Shown piece by piece: positions 8,733 to 18,999 of a DNA stretch of 64,000 bases. Every line of letters starts with the position of its first letter. The stretch's first letter is position 1. The stretch spans positions 29,379 to 93,378 of the forward strand of contig DASVDF010000050.1 of assembly GCA_036381215.1 (NCBI GenBank), given 5' to 3'. The stretch is from Woeseiaceae bacterium. GTDB taxonomy: Bacteria; Pseudomonadota; Gammaproteobacteria; Steroidobacterales; Woeseiaceae. The position numbers and the translations under genes are program-made. Below the pieces are notes generated by a model that saw only the letters and a list, made by a program, of their open reading frames with translations, ran no database searches and was not told the origin of the DNA.

Positions 8733-9766
8733 CAGCGTGCTCCCTGCACGCGGCGGCCGTAGATGCGGTCGATCACCCCGGCGGTTTCTGCGAGCCCGTC
8801 GAGCTCGCCTGCGCCGCTCCCGGGAAGCGCGTGCGCCCATTCGATGAGCGCGCGGCCCGGCCAGGCATCGGGCGGGGCGCCGAGCAGCTCGCGCTCGGTG
8901 CCGCGCGTGATCGCCACTTCGAAGTCGTAGAACGAGCCGCCGACGTTCGCGATTTCCGCGCCGCCGCGCGTGCCGAACGCGCGGCAGCCGATCACCGCGC
9001 CGCGCCCGGCAGCCGCACGCCACGAGCACGCGAGGTGCACGCGCGCGCCGCTTGAGTACTCGATGGCCGCCAGGACGCAGTCCTCGGCCGCCTGCACCGG
9101 CGGCTCGAGCCTGCGGCCTGCGTGGAAACAGCGCGCGTGCACGTCGTCGGCGCCGGAGAGCCCGAGCAGCCAGTGACAGAGATCGAGAAGATGACAGCCG
9201 AGATCGAGCAGGCAGCCGCCGCCGGATCGCTCGACGTCGTAATACCAGGCGGCGTCCGGCCCGTACGCATTGTGAAAGCAGAGCTCGGCCGCGACGACGT
9301 CGCCGATCGCACCGTCCTGGATCCGCCGGCGCAGCTCACGCATGCCGGCCAGGCAGCGATAAGACCAGTCGACGCCGAGCGCGACGCCTTTTTCCTGCGC
9401 CAGCGCAACCAGCCGCTCAATGCCGGCGCGCGACAGGGCGAGCGGCTTCTGGCAGAACACGGGGAGGCCGCGCGCGAGCGCGGCGCGGGCCTGCGCTTCG
9501 TGCAGCGCATTCGGGGTCGCGATCACGATGCCGTCGAGCGGCTGTGCAATGAGCTCCTCGAAGCTCGGGCAGACCGCGGGCGCGCAGGCGAGCTCCGCGC
9601 AGGCCGCGTCGAGGCGCGACGCGTCCGGCTCGCACACGGCCGCCGCGTGCGCGACCCCGGAGCCTGCGAGCGTGCGCATGCGCTGCCCGCCGATCCAGCC
9701 GAGCCCTGCGAAACCGAGGCGCGGACGCGCGCGGACGGAATCGTCTCGTGGCAGCGCTACAGGCAT
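8732..9766 (-). CDS. Gfo/Idh/MocA family NAD(P)-dependent oxidoreductase
   Basis: Start trimmed to MPVALPRDD. It has the Rossmann N-terminus LGFAGLGWIGGQR and FCQKPLA (an EKP-motif variant). The stop TGA shares one base with the GT4 start (TGATG at 8730-8734). Confidence 0.8.
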   Translation of the reverse strand: MPVALPRDDSVRARPRLGFAGLGWIGGQRMRTLAGSGVAHAAAVCEPDASRLDAACAELACAPAVCPSFEELIAQPLDGIVIATPNALHEAQARAALARGLPVFCQKPLALSRAGIERLVALAQEKGVALGVDWSYRCLAGMRELRRRIQDGAIGDVVAAELCFHNAYGPDAAWYYDVERSGGGCLLDLGCHLLDLCHWLLGLSGADDVHARCFHAGRRLEPPVQAAEDCVLAAIEYSSGARVHLACSWRAAAGRGAVIGCRAFGTRGGAEIANVGGSFYDFEVAITRGTERELLGAPPDAWPGRALIEWAHALPGSGAGELDGLAETAGVIDRIYGRRVQGAR

Positions 9767-10683
9767 AGCAGTGCTTTGGTGAAGCCGGCCGGGCGCTCCT
9801 CCATGAGCCTGAAAGCCCGGTCGATCTCCGCGAGCGGGACGGAATGCGTGAACAAGGGCCATGGGTCGAGATGGCGCGTGCGGATGGCATCGATGGCGGC
9901 GCGCATGCCGTCGACATAGCGCTCAGGCTCGCGTTCGTGCGCGTTGACGACGTCGATGCCCTTCCAGTTCCATTCCTGCATGTCGACGCTGCGCGGACCT
10001 TCCTGGTGATAGCCGGCGATGACGAGTCGGCCGCGCACGCCGGTGAGCCGGCTCGCGACATCGAGACCCTGTTGCGTCCCGGTGCACTCGATGACGCGCG
10101 GCCAGTTGTCTTCGAGCGCGGCCGGGTCGTCCAGCGGGCGCGCCTCGACCGCGCCTTGCTCGCGGGCGCACTCCAGCGACCAGGCCCGCCGGGAGAATGC
10201 CGTCACCCGCGCGCCGGCGGCGGCGGCGCACTGGATGACGAGGCCGCCCATGAAACCCGCGCCGACCACCGCCACCGGCATCCCGGATGCGATGTCGGCG
10301 CGCTCGAACACGTTCATTGCGCACGCGAGCGCCTCGCCGGGGAATGGCCGGCCATCGAGCTCCTGGGGCAGCCGAACCACGTGGGCCGCGTCCGCGATGT
10401 CGCACTCGGCGTAGGCGCGGTACGTGAGGCCGGTGACGCGATCGCCGACCTCGGGGAAGGCGACGCCTTCGCCGCAGGCCACGACACGCCCCCACGGCTC
10501 GTGCCCGGGCGCACCCGCGTCGAGCGGGTAGCCGAACCAGGGCCGCCCCTGCCAGGCCGGCAAAGTCGAGGCGCACACGCCGCAACCCTCGAGCCGGATC
10601 AGCACCTCGCCCGGGCCCGGGGTCACCTCACGGCAGCGCTCGATGGACGAGCGGCCGTTGCCGTGCAGCACCGCGGCCTTCAC
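9757..10683 (-). CDS. zinc-type (MDR) alcohol dehydrogenase-like oxidoreductase
   Basis: A GTG start at 10683 (VKAAVLHGNG...) overlaps the upstream stop as GTGA. Motifs: GVCASTL, PGHEPWG (Zn ligand region) and VVGAGFMGG (NAD fold). It is the real part of the 749-aa track ORF. Confidence 0.75.
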   Translation of the reverse strand: MKAAVLHGNGRSSIERCREVTPGPGEVLIRLEGCGVCASTLPAWQGRPWFGYPLDAGAPGHEPWGRVVACGEGVAFPEVGDRVTGLTYRAYAECDIADAAHVVRLPQELDGRPFPGEALACAMNVFERADIASGMPVAVVGAGFMGGLVIQCAAAAGARVTAFSRRAWSLECAREQGAVEARPLDDPAALEDNWPRVIECTGTQQGLDVASRLTGVRGRLVIAGYHQEGPRSVDMQEWNWKGIDVVNAHEREPERYVDGMRAAIDAIRTRHLDPWPLFTHSVPLAEIDRAFRLMEERPAGFTKALLCL

Positions 10684-11762
10684 ACGCGGCTCTCGCTCGG
10701 CCGTGTCGGGATGTCGACCGGAGCCTGCCGGTCTTCCGCGAGCCAGCCCCAGAGAAGGTCGATTCCGGCGGCGACGCCGATGCGCGGCGCCCATCCGGTC
10801 AGTGACGAGAATCGGCCGTGATCCGCCGCGAACCAGGGCTGGTCGCCGGGACGGGGACCGGCGAACAGCACGTCGAGGCTGCGCCCCGAGAGTCGCTCGG
10901 CCGTCTCGATCAGCTCGAGCAGGCTCAGCGTGTTGGCGATGCCGCCGCCCATGTTGAACACCTGGCCGGAGAGGCGGTCGATGCGCTCGCGCAGCAGGAG
11001 CAGCGCGCCGACGAAGTCGTCGATGTACAAGAGGTCGCGCACCTGGTGACCGTCGCCATAGATCGTGAGCGGCTCGCCCTGGAGCGCCTGTTTGAGGAAA
11101 TGCGCGACCCAGCCCTGGTCGCTGGTCGCCTGCTGATGCGGCCCGTAGATGCAGCTCATGCGGAACACCACGGCGGGCAGGCCGAAGCTCCGCGCGTAAT
11201 CGAGAACGTACTGGTCCGCCGCGCCTTTCGAGCAGCCGTACGGGCTGATGAAGTCGAGCGGCTGCGTCTCGTTGACGCCGCGCCCGGCCATTGCCGGATC
11301 GGCGGGCTCGACGCGGCGTTCCACCTTCCGGACGCCGACGCCGGGCAGCGCGCCATACACCTTGTTGGTCGATGCGAACATGAGACCCGGCGGCTTGCTC
11401 GCCTTCCGCATCGCCTCCAGCACGTTCAGCGTGCCGCCGACATTGATCGCGTGGTCCGTGCGCGGATCGCGCAGGCTGGTCGTGACGGCGACCTGCGCCG
11501 CGAAGTGATAGACGAACGCGCTGGCCGTTACCGCCGCGTCGACCGCGCCCGCATCGCGAACGTCCGTATCGAGATGCTGCACGGCGTCGCCGTGGCGCGC
11601 GCGCAGCCAGCCGAGGTTGCGCTCGACGCCCGGTCGCGACAGATCGTCGAGGACGACCACCGATTCGCCCCCTGCGAGCAGGCGGTCGGCGAGGTTGGCG
11701 CCGATGAAGCCGGCGCCGCCGGTGATCAGCACCTGCCCGCGACCGTTGCCGGGCCGCGTCAC
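10680..11762 (-). CDS. NAD-dependent epimerase/dehydratase (extended SDR; CDP-paratose-2-epimerase-like)
   Basis: A GTG start at 11762 (VTRPGNGRGQVLITGGAGFIGANL) overlaps the upstream stop as GTGA. The catalytic YxxxK is in SPYGCSKGAADQY. Confidence 0.8.
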   Translation of the reverse strand: MTRPGNGRGQVLITGGAGFIGANLADRLLAGGESVVVLDDLSRPGVERNLGWLRARHGDAVQHLDTDVRDAGAVDAAVTASAFVYHFAAQVAVTTSLRDPRTDHAINVGGTLNVLEAMRKASKPPGLMFASTNKVYGALPGVGVRKVERRVEPADPAMAGRGVNETQPLDFISPYGCSKGAADQYVLDYARSFGLPAVVFRMSCIYGPHQQATSDQGWVAHFLKQALQGEPLTIYGDGHQVRDLLYIDDFVGALLLLRERIDRLSGQVFNMGGGIANTLSLLELIETAERLSGRSLDVLFAGPRPGDQPWFAADHGRFSSLTGWAPRIGVAAGIDLLWGWLAEDRQAPVDIPTRPSESRV

Positions 11763-12868
11763 AGCGTGAGCCCCCGCCGCGCCAGCTCGGCGGCAGCGAC
11801 TCCCGCGCGATCGGTGGCGGTCTGGCGGGCCAGCCATCCGGCGAGCTCCTCGATCCCGTCCTTGAAGCGGATTTCGGGGGTGTAGCCGAGATCGTCGCGC
11901 GCGCGTGAGATGTCGGCGAAGCAATGGCGCACGTCGCCGACGCGGTACTTGCCCTCGAACTGCGGATCGATGTCACGGTCCAGCACGTCCGCGAGCGTCT
12001 GCGCAACCTCCTCGATGCTCACCGGGCTGCCGCTGCCGACGTTGATCGCGCGGCCGGAAACGTCGGGCCGCGCGAGCGCGAGCCGGAACGCGCGCGCGAC
12101 GTCACGCACGTTGACGAAATCCCGCAGCTGCGCGCCGTCCTCGTAGATGATCGGCGGCCGGTCGTTCAACAAACGGCACGCGAAGATCGCCATGACGCCG
12201 GTATATGGATTGGACAGCGCCTGGCGCGGCCCGTAGACGTTGAACAGCCGCAGCGCGAGCGTGGGCACCGAGTAGGCCGCGCCGAACATGAGGCAAAGCA
12301 GCTCCTGGTCGTACTTGGTCAGCGCGTACGGTGAGGAAGGCACCGGCACCACGTCCTCCGGCGTGGGCACCGGCGTGAGCGCCTCGCCGCGGCGCCCGAG
12401 GATCTCCCACTCGTGACGTGCGAGCTGCTCGCGCGAGCGGCCTTGCGGGTGCAGCAGCCGCTGGCCTCCGTCGCGGTACGCACCCTCGCCATAGACGCTC
12501 ATGCTCGAGGCGACCACGAGGCGCTCGACCGGCTGGGCCGCGATCGCCTCGAGCAGCGTCGCCGTGCCGAGCGCGTTCACGCCGACATAGCGGCGGAGCT
12601 GGTACATGCTCTGGCCGACGCCGACTGCGGCCGCGAGGTGCACCACGGCGTGCACGCCGGACAACGCGCGCGCCACGGCGTCGGTGTCGCGCATGTCGGC
12701 TTCCACACGCTCGACGGCATCGTGCAGCCACTCGGGAAACGCGTCATCCTCGTGCACCTGCGGCACCAGCGCGTCGAGGACGCGCACGTCGTAGCCTTGC
12801 GCGAGTAACTCCTCGGCGACATGGCCTCCGATGAAGCCGGCTCCCCCGGTAATCAGCACCCTCTTCAT
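11759..12868 (-). CDS. NAD-dependent epimerase/dehydratase (extended SDR) with internal insertion
   Basis: Start trimmed to MKRVLITGGAGFIGGHVAEELL. YxxxK is in SPYALTKYDQE. ATGA overlap with the UXS-like gene at 12865-12868. Confidence 0.8.
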   Translation of the reverse strand: MKRVLITGGAGFIGGHVAEELLAQGYDVRVLDALVPQVHEDDAFPEWLHDAVERVEADMRDTDAVARALSGVHAVVHLAAAVGVGQSMYQLRRYVGVNALGTATLLEAIAAQPVERLVVASSMSVYGEGAYRDGGQRLLHPQGRSREQLARHEWEILGRRGEALTPVPTPEDVVPVPSSPYALTKYDQELLCLMFGAAYSVPTLALRLFNVYGPRQALSNPYTGVMAIFACRLLNDRPPIIYEDGAQLRDFVNVRDVARAFRLALARPDVSGRAINVGSGSPVSIEEVAQTLADVLDRDIDPQFEGKYRVGDVRHCFADISRARDDLGYTPEIRFKDGIEELAGWLARQTATDRAGVAAAELARRGLTL

Positions 12869-13833
12869 TGCACGGCGGCGGCCGGGATCGGCGTGACGTC
12901 CCGATCGCTGATCGTTCTTCGGAAGTAATGCATCGTGCGCGTCAGGCCATCTTCGAGCCGGGTCCGCGGCTGCCATCCCAGCACGTTGCGGGCGAGCGTA
13001 ATGTCCGGGCAGCGGCGCGTCGGATCGTCGACGGGCAGCGGCCGGAAAACGATGCTGGACGGCGAGCCGGTCAGCTTCAGCACGAGCTGGGCGAGATCCA
13101 GCACCGTGACTTCTTCGGGGTTGCCGAGGTTCACGGGACCCGCGGGCGGCTCCTTCAGGTCGAGGAAGCGGACGAGCCCGTCGACGAGATCATCGACATA
13201 GCAGAAGGATCGGGTGTGCGAGCCGTCACCGTAGATCGTGAGCGGCTCACGGCAGAGCGCCTGCGTGAGCAGGTTGGAGACCGCGCGCCCGTCGTCGATG
13301 CGCATGCGCGGCCCGTAGGTATTGAAGATGCGCACGACCGACGTGCGCACGCCGCGGTCCTGATAGAGATAGGAGACGGTTTCGGCGCAGCGCTTCGCCT
13401 CGTCGTAGCAAGCGCGCGGTCCCATCGTCTTCACGTTGCCGAGGTAATCCTCCTGTTGCGGGTGCTGCGCGGGATTGCCATACACTTCGCTGCTCGACGC
13501 GTAGATATAGTGGCTGCCGGTCTGCTCCGCGAGCTGCAGCAGGTTCAGGCTGCCGTCGACATTGGTGCGCAGCGTGAGCTCGGGCTCCGACTGGTAGTGC
13601 ACTGGCGACGCCGGGCTCGCGAGATTGAAAATGGCGTCGACCGGCAGCCAGAGCGGCTCGAGCACGCTGCGTTGAATGAAGGAGAAGCGCGGCGAGGAGA
13701 GGAGACCGACGATGTTCTCGCGGCGTCCGGTCATGAGATTGTCGAGGCAGGCGACGGTGTGCCCGCCCTGGATGAGGCGCCGGCACAGGTGGGAGCCCAC
13801 GAACCCCGCGCCACCTGCTACGAGAATCTTCAT
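12865..13833 (-). CDS. UDP-glucuronate decarboxylase (UDP-xylose synthase)-like extended SDR
   Basis: 322-aa track ORF. Motifs: MKILVAGGAGFVGSHLCRRL, YDEAKRCAE (YxxxK) and RIFNTYGPRM, all characteristic of UXS/ArnA-decarboxylase-type enzymes. First gene of the operon. Confidence 0.85.
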   Translation of the reverse strand: MKILVAGGAGFVGSHLCRRLIQGGHTVACLDNLMTGRRENIVGLLSSPRFSFIQRSVLEPLWLPVDAIFNLASPASPVHYQSEPELTLRTNVDGSLNLLQLAEQTGSHYIYASSSEVYGNPAQHPQQEDYLGNVKTMGPRACYDEAKRCAETVSYLYQDRGVRTSVVRIFNTYGPRMRIDDGRAVSNLLTQALCREPLTIYGDGSHTRSFCYVDDLVDGLVRFLDLKEPPAGPVNLGNPEEVTVLDLAQLVLKLTGSPSSIVFRPLPVDDPTRRCPDITLARNVLGWQPRTRLEDGLTRTMHYFRRTISDRDVTPIPAAAVQ

Positions 13834-13908
13834 AGGGAGGTCCTCTCCGTGTGGTCAGTTCGGTGCCTCCGACACGGGGCCGCACGTAGAGGCAGGTGAG
13901 CTCAATCA

Positions 13909-13924
13909 TGCAAGACATATGCCA
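13909..13924 (-). promoter_or_regulatory. candidate sigma54 (-24/-12) promoter of the glycan operon
   Basis: The minus strand reads TGGCAT-ATGTC-TTGCA, i.e. GG-N10-GC spacing, against the consensus TGGCAC-N5-TTGCW. It lies about 75 nt upstream of the ATG at 13833. An AT-rich block at about 14035-14075 lies further upstream. Confidence 0.5.
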
Positions 13925-14114
13925 TGGAACCTGTTCGTCGGAAGCTGGAAGAAGCCGCCGTCGCAGAGTTCCGTTTGTGAAACCGGAGCACCGCATGAAA
14001 GGCCGGTCTGCCGGGCGAGAATGCGCCGGGAGGGATGTAAAAATCGGGCTCGCGATTGTAATTTTGTAAGCCCGGGCAGGAAATTCTGCGTGGGCGCGCT
14101 GTCCGCAGCCCGAG

Positions 14115-15923
14115 CTATTCGCCCTCGTTCCGGATGAGGCCGCGCGTCTGCTGGCGCACCAGGCGCGCGTAATAGGCGTCCTTCGCGAGCAGCTCCTCGT
14201 GCGTGCCGGTTTCCGCGATGCGCCCGTCCTTCAGCACGACGATACGATCGGCGTTGACCACGGTGCTGAGCCGGTGCGCGATGATGAAGGTAGTGCGGTC
14301 GCGCACCAGCGAATCGAGCGCTTCCTGCACCGCGGCCTCCGAGTCCGCATCCAGCGACGCGGTGGCTTCGTCGAGCACGATGATGGACGGCCGTTTGACC
14401 AGCGCACGCGCGATCGACACCCGCTGGCGCTCGCCCACCGACAGGCGGCTGCCGCGCTCGCCGACCACGGTGCCGTAACCCTCCGGCATGGCGGTGATGA
14501 AATCGTGCGCCGATGCCGCGCGGGCCGCGGCCTCGATCTCCTCCCGGGTGGCGTCCGGATAGCCGTAAGCGATGTTGGCGGCGATCGTGTCGTTGAACAG
14601 CAGCGGATCCTGCAGCACCACGCCGACGTGGCTGCGCAGCGAGCGCTGCTTCAATGTCCGGAGATCCCGGCCGTCGAGCAGCACTCTCCCGTAGTCGGGG
14701 TCGTAGAAGCGCATCAGGAGCGCCATCAGCGTGGTCTTGCCGGAGCCGCTCGGGCCGACGATCGCCACCTTCTCGCCCGCGCGCACCTCGAGAGTGATGC
14801 CGGAGAGCAGGGGCCGCTCGCCCGGGCCGTAGGAGAAGTGAACGTCCTCGAACACGATGTCGCCGTGCACGCTCTCGAGCTCGCGCGCGTCCGGCGCGTC
14901 GCCCAGGTGCTCCTGGAGATCGAGGATTGCGAAGATCTGGCTGAGCGAGACGGTGCCCCGCTTCAGCGCGCCCCAGGTGCCGGACAGGCCCTGCACCGGC
15001 CCGAACAGTCCGCCGACGTAGCCCAGGAACGCAATCAGCGTGCCGACGGTCATGGCGCCGCGCACGATGAACAGGCCGCCCAAGCCGATCACCGCGATGC
15101 GGGCGAGGGCGACGACCAGGTTGCTGGCCGTGCCGAACGCGGTGTCCGTCGCCACGCCGCGGACGACGATGCGGTTGGCGGCGCTCACGTCGTTGAGGAA
15201 CCGCTCCTTCTCCTTTTCTTCCATGGCGAAGCTGCGCACGGTGACGATGCCGGCCAGCACCTCGTTGAATCGCGAGTAGATGTGCGCCCAGCGGTCCAGC
15301 ATGCTGCGCTCGCGCCGCGCCTGCTCGGGCGCGGCGAGTGCCGCGAGCACCGCGGGCATGGGCGCGAACAGCAGGACGACGAGCGCGAGGCGCCATTCGA
15401 GGTCCAGCATCACGAACACGGCGATGACGAGGAAGACCACCGCCGGCAGCACGCTGATCAGGAGCTGGGTGACCGCGGCGACGAAGCCCTGGATGCTGCG
15501 ATCGAGGCGGGTGAGCACCGCGCCGACGCCTTCGCTGCGTTGCAGCTTGAGCGGCATGCGGTGCAGCCGCTCGACGGTCGCCTGGAGCAGCGCGTATTGC
15601 AGGCCGATGCGCATGCGCCAGGTCAGCCAGTTGGACGTGCCGCTCGCGCCTTCGCGGAACACGGACATGATGCCGAGGAACACGAGGCCGAGGCCCACGG
15701 CCTCGAGTCCGCGCCCGGCGGTCAGGCCATCGATGATGAATTTGAGCACCAGCGGCTCGATGGAGCTCACCAGCGCTACCGCGAGGGTGAGCACGAGGAT
15801 GATGGCGATCGAGAACCGGTGCGGGACAGTGAACGCGAGCGCCCGCCGCAACTGCCGGGCGGTGCTCTCCCTGTTACCGGCGTCGCCGAAGCCGCCGCCC
15901 GCGACGGGGGCCGGACGGCTCAA
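14115..15923 (-). CDS. ABC exporter, fused permease/ATPase (MsbA-like, type I exporter)
   Basis: 602-aa track ORF with six N-terminal TM helices, Walker A GPSGSGKTT, signature LSVGERQRV and Walker B IIVLDEATS. Confidence 0.85.
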   Translation of the reverse strand: MSRPAPVAGGGFGDAGNRESTARQLRRALAFTVPHRFSIAIILVLTLAVALVSSIEPLVLKFIIDGLTAGRGLEAVGLGLVFLGIMSVFREGASGTSNWLTWRMRIGLQYALLQATVERLHRMPLKLQRSEGVGAVLTRLDRSIQGFVAAVTQLLISVLPAVVFLVIAVFVMLDLEWRLALVVLLFAPMPAVLAALAAPEQARRERSMLDRWAHIYSRFNEVLAGIVTVRSFAMEEKEKERFLNDVSAANRIVVRGVATDTAFGTASNLVVALARIAVIGLGGLFIVRGAMTVGTLIAFLGYVGGLFGPVQGLSGTWGALKRGTVSLSQIFAILDLQEHLGDAPDARELESVHGDIVFEDVHFSYGPGERPLLSGITLEVRAGEKVAIVGPSGSGKTTLMALLMRFYDPDYGRVLLDGRDLRTLKQRSLRSHVGVVLQDPLLFNDTIAANIAYGYPDATREEIEAAARAASAHDFITAMPEGYGTVVGERGSRLSVGERQRVSIARALVKRPSIIVLDEATASLDADSEAAVQEALDSLVRDRTTFIIAHRLSTVVNADRIVVLKDGRIAETGTHEELLAKDAYYARLVRQQTRGLIRNEGE

Positions 15924-16033
15924 TGGTCCCGAGGCGAGTGGCTGCTGCCGTCTCTGCCGCCCATGGTGGGGCCTCCGACCAAACGCGTACCCGGAGCTGG
16001 TGCAAGTTTCGCGCCAGCGACCGGCGCGGGGGA

Positions 16034-17434
16034 TCAGCCGTGCGCAACGCGGGCGAGCGCGCGATCCCGCTCCCGCGCCACGGCCGCGCTGATGCTCACC
16101 GGGTAATCGGCATGCCCGTCGTCAACGGTGAGGAGCGGAGCCGGCAAGCGCCCGACGGCTGCGCGCGCGTGCGCGGCAGCAGCCGCGGGGTCGAGCGTCG
16201 GCGCATCGAGCGGCTCGCCGCCCGCGACGATCGGCGCGAGCAGCGCCTCGGCGCCGTCGCGGTGCTCGTCGCGCAGCGTGACTTCGTCGCGCGCGTACCT
16301 GCCGCCGGCATCGCAATAACGGAACACCTGCTTCGCGCCGGGCCAGATCGCCTTGCCGGGCGAGCTCTTGAGCCTGGGTATGCCGGCAAAACTCGTCATC
16401 TTGTAGACGAGGTCGAGGAAAGGCGCGTCCGCGGAGGTGCCGAGTGAAGTCCCCACGCCGAAGCCGTCGATCGGTGCACCGGCCGCGAGCAGCTTCGCGA
16501 TGGCGTGCTCGTCGAGCCCGCCGCTGGCGAGGATCCGCACGTCCCCGAGCCCGCCGGCGTCGAGGCGCTCGCGGGCCGCTTTCGCCAAAGCGGCCATGTC
16601 ACCGGAATCCAGGCGCACGGCGCCGACCCGGAACGCTTCCTTCAGCTCGCGGCGCAGCGAGATCACCTTGTCCACCGCCGCGAGCGTGTCGTAGGTGTCG
16701 ACCAGCAGCGTGGTGCCGGGGTAGAGCTCCGCGTAGCGGCGGAACGCTTCCGCTTCCTCGTCGAACGCCTGGATGTAGCTGTGCGCCATCGTGCCGCTCA
16801 CCGGCAGGCCGAAGCGCAGGCCGGCGTAGACGTGGCTGGTGCCGGCGATGCCGGCCGTGCGGTACGCGCGCACTCCGCGCACCGCCGCGTCCAGGCCGTG
16901 CATGCGCCGCATCCCGAAATCGACCACCGGCCGGCCGCCTGCGGCGAGCACCATGCGCACGGCCTTCGACGCGAGCACGGTCTCGAGGTGCACGTAATTC
17001 ATGATCAGCGTTTCGAGCAGCTGCGCCTCCGCGATCGGCGCGGTGACCTCGAGCAACGGTTCCTCCGGGAACACCGGCGTGCCTTCCGCGAGCGCGACGA
17101 TGTCGCCGCTGAAGCGGAACTCGCCCAGCCAGCGCAGGAACCCGTCACGAAAGCCGCCGAGGCTCGCGATGGTGTCGAGCGCCGCCGTCGGGAACCGCAG
17201 GCGGGACACGAGGTGCGCCGCGTGCTGCTGGCCGCAGGCGAGCATGAAGCGGCGCGCCGGCGGCAGCTTGCGGAAGTACAGGCTGAAGGTGGCGCGTCCG
17301 TCGAGGCCCGCCGCCCAGTAGGCCTGGAGCATGCTGAGCTCGTAGCGGTCGGTCAGCAGACCGAGGTCGTCCGCCGTCGGCCACGGCGCCGGCTGGTTCA
17401 TGGCAGTCCCGGTGTTTGAGGGGGCGATGGCCAT
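16034..17434 (-). CDS. pncB: nicotinate phosphoribosyltransferase
   Basis: 466-aa track ORF. LLTDRYELSMLQAYW at the N-terminus and the overall layout fit NAPRTase. An alternative start MNQPAP is at 17401. Neither start has a clear RBS. Confidence 0.85.
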   Translation of the reverse strand: MAIAPSNTGTAMNQPAPWPTADDLGLLTDRYELSMLQAYWAAGLDGRATFSLYFRKLPPARRFMLACGQQHAAHLVSRLRFPTAALDTIASLGGFRDGFLRWLGEFRFSGDIVALAEGTPVFPEEPLLEVTAPIAEAQLLETLIMNYVHLETVLASKAVRMVLAAGGRPVVDFGMRRMHGLDAAVRGVRAYRTAGIAGTSHVYAGLRFGLPVSGTMAHSYIQAFDEEAEAFRRYAELYPGTTLLVDTYDTLAAVDKVISLRRELKEAFRVGAVRLDSGDMAALAKAARERLDAGGLGDVRILASGGLDEHAIAKLLAAGAPIDGFGVGTSLGTSADAPFLDLVYKMTSFAGIPRLKSSPGKAIWPGAKQVFRYCDAGGRYARDEVTLRDEHRDGAEALLAPIVAGGEPLDAPTLDPAAAAAHARAAVGRLPAPLLTVDDGHADYPVSISAAVARERDRALARVAHG

Positions 17435-17747
17435 TATATAAGAGAGTCGTTTTTACCCTCGGCGGAAACCTTCGCGCCGGGCTGCCGCAGCGCTCGCGCT
17501 CTGGCTCGCGCGCATCGCGAAGATCGCGCGCGCCGCCGGATCCGCGAGCGCGTGCTCGAGCATTGCCGCACGGCCGGGCTCACCGTGCACGAGTTCGCCG
17601 GTCACCGCTGCGACACCGTGACGCGCAACGAGATGGACGAGCTCCGGAAACGCGCGACACGGCGCTCCTGATCCCGGTTGACGGCTGCGGGGAGACCCTC
17701 TAAAACACCCTGGTGGTGCCGGCGGATTACCGCCGTTCGAGGGGATC

Positions 17748-18965
<1,218 letters not shown>

Positions 18966-18999
18966 AAGCCGCGCCCTGCGAATCCTCCGGAACCGTCGC

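Noticed and set aside
13247-13996. 249-aa minus-strand ORF overlapping the UXS gene and its upstream region
   Set aside because: It is an alternative frame of the well-supported UXS gene (12865-13833) and is Arg/Pro-rich. It would bury the sigma54-like promoter inside coding sequence.
14199-16106. 635-aa plus-strand ORF
   Set aside because: It is antisense to the ABC exporter, whose Walker A, Walker B and signature motifs identify the true frame. The shadow ORF is low-complexity (R/D/E/A/H).
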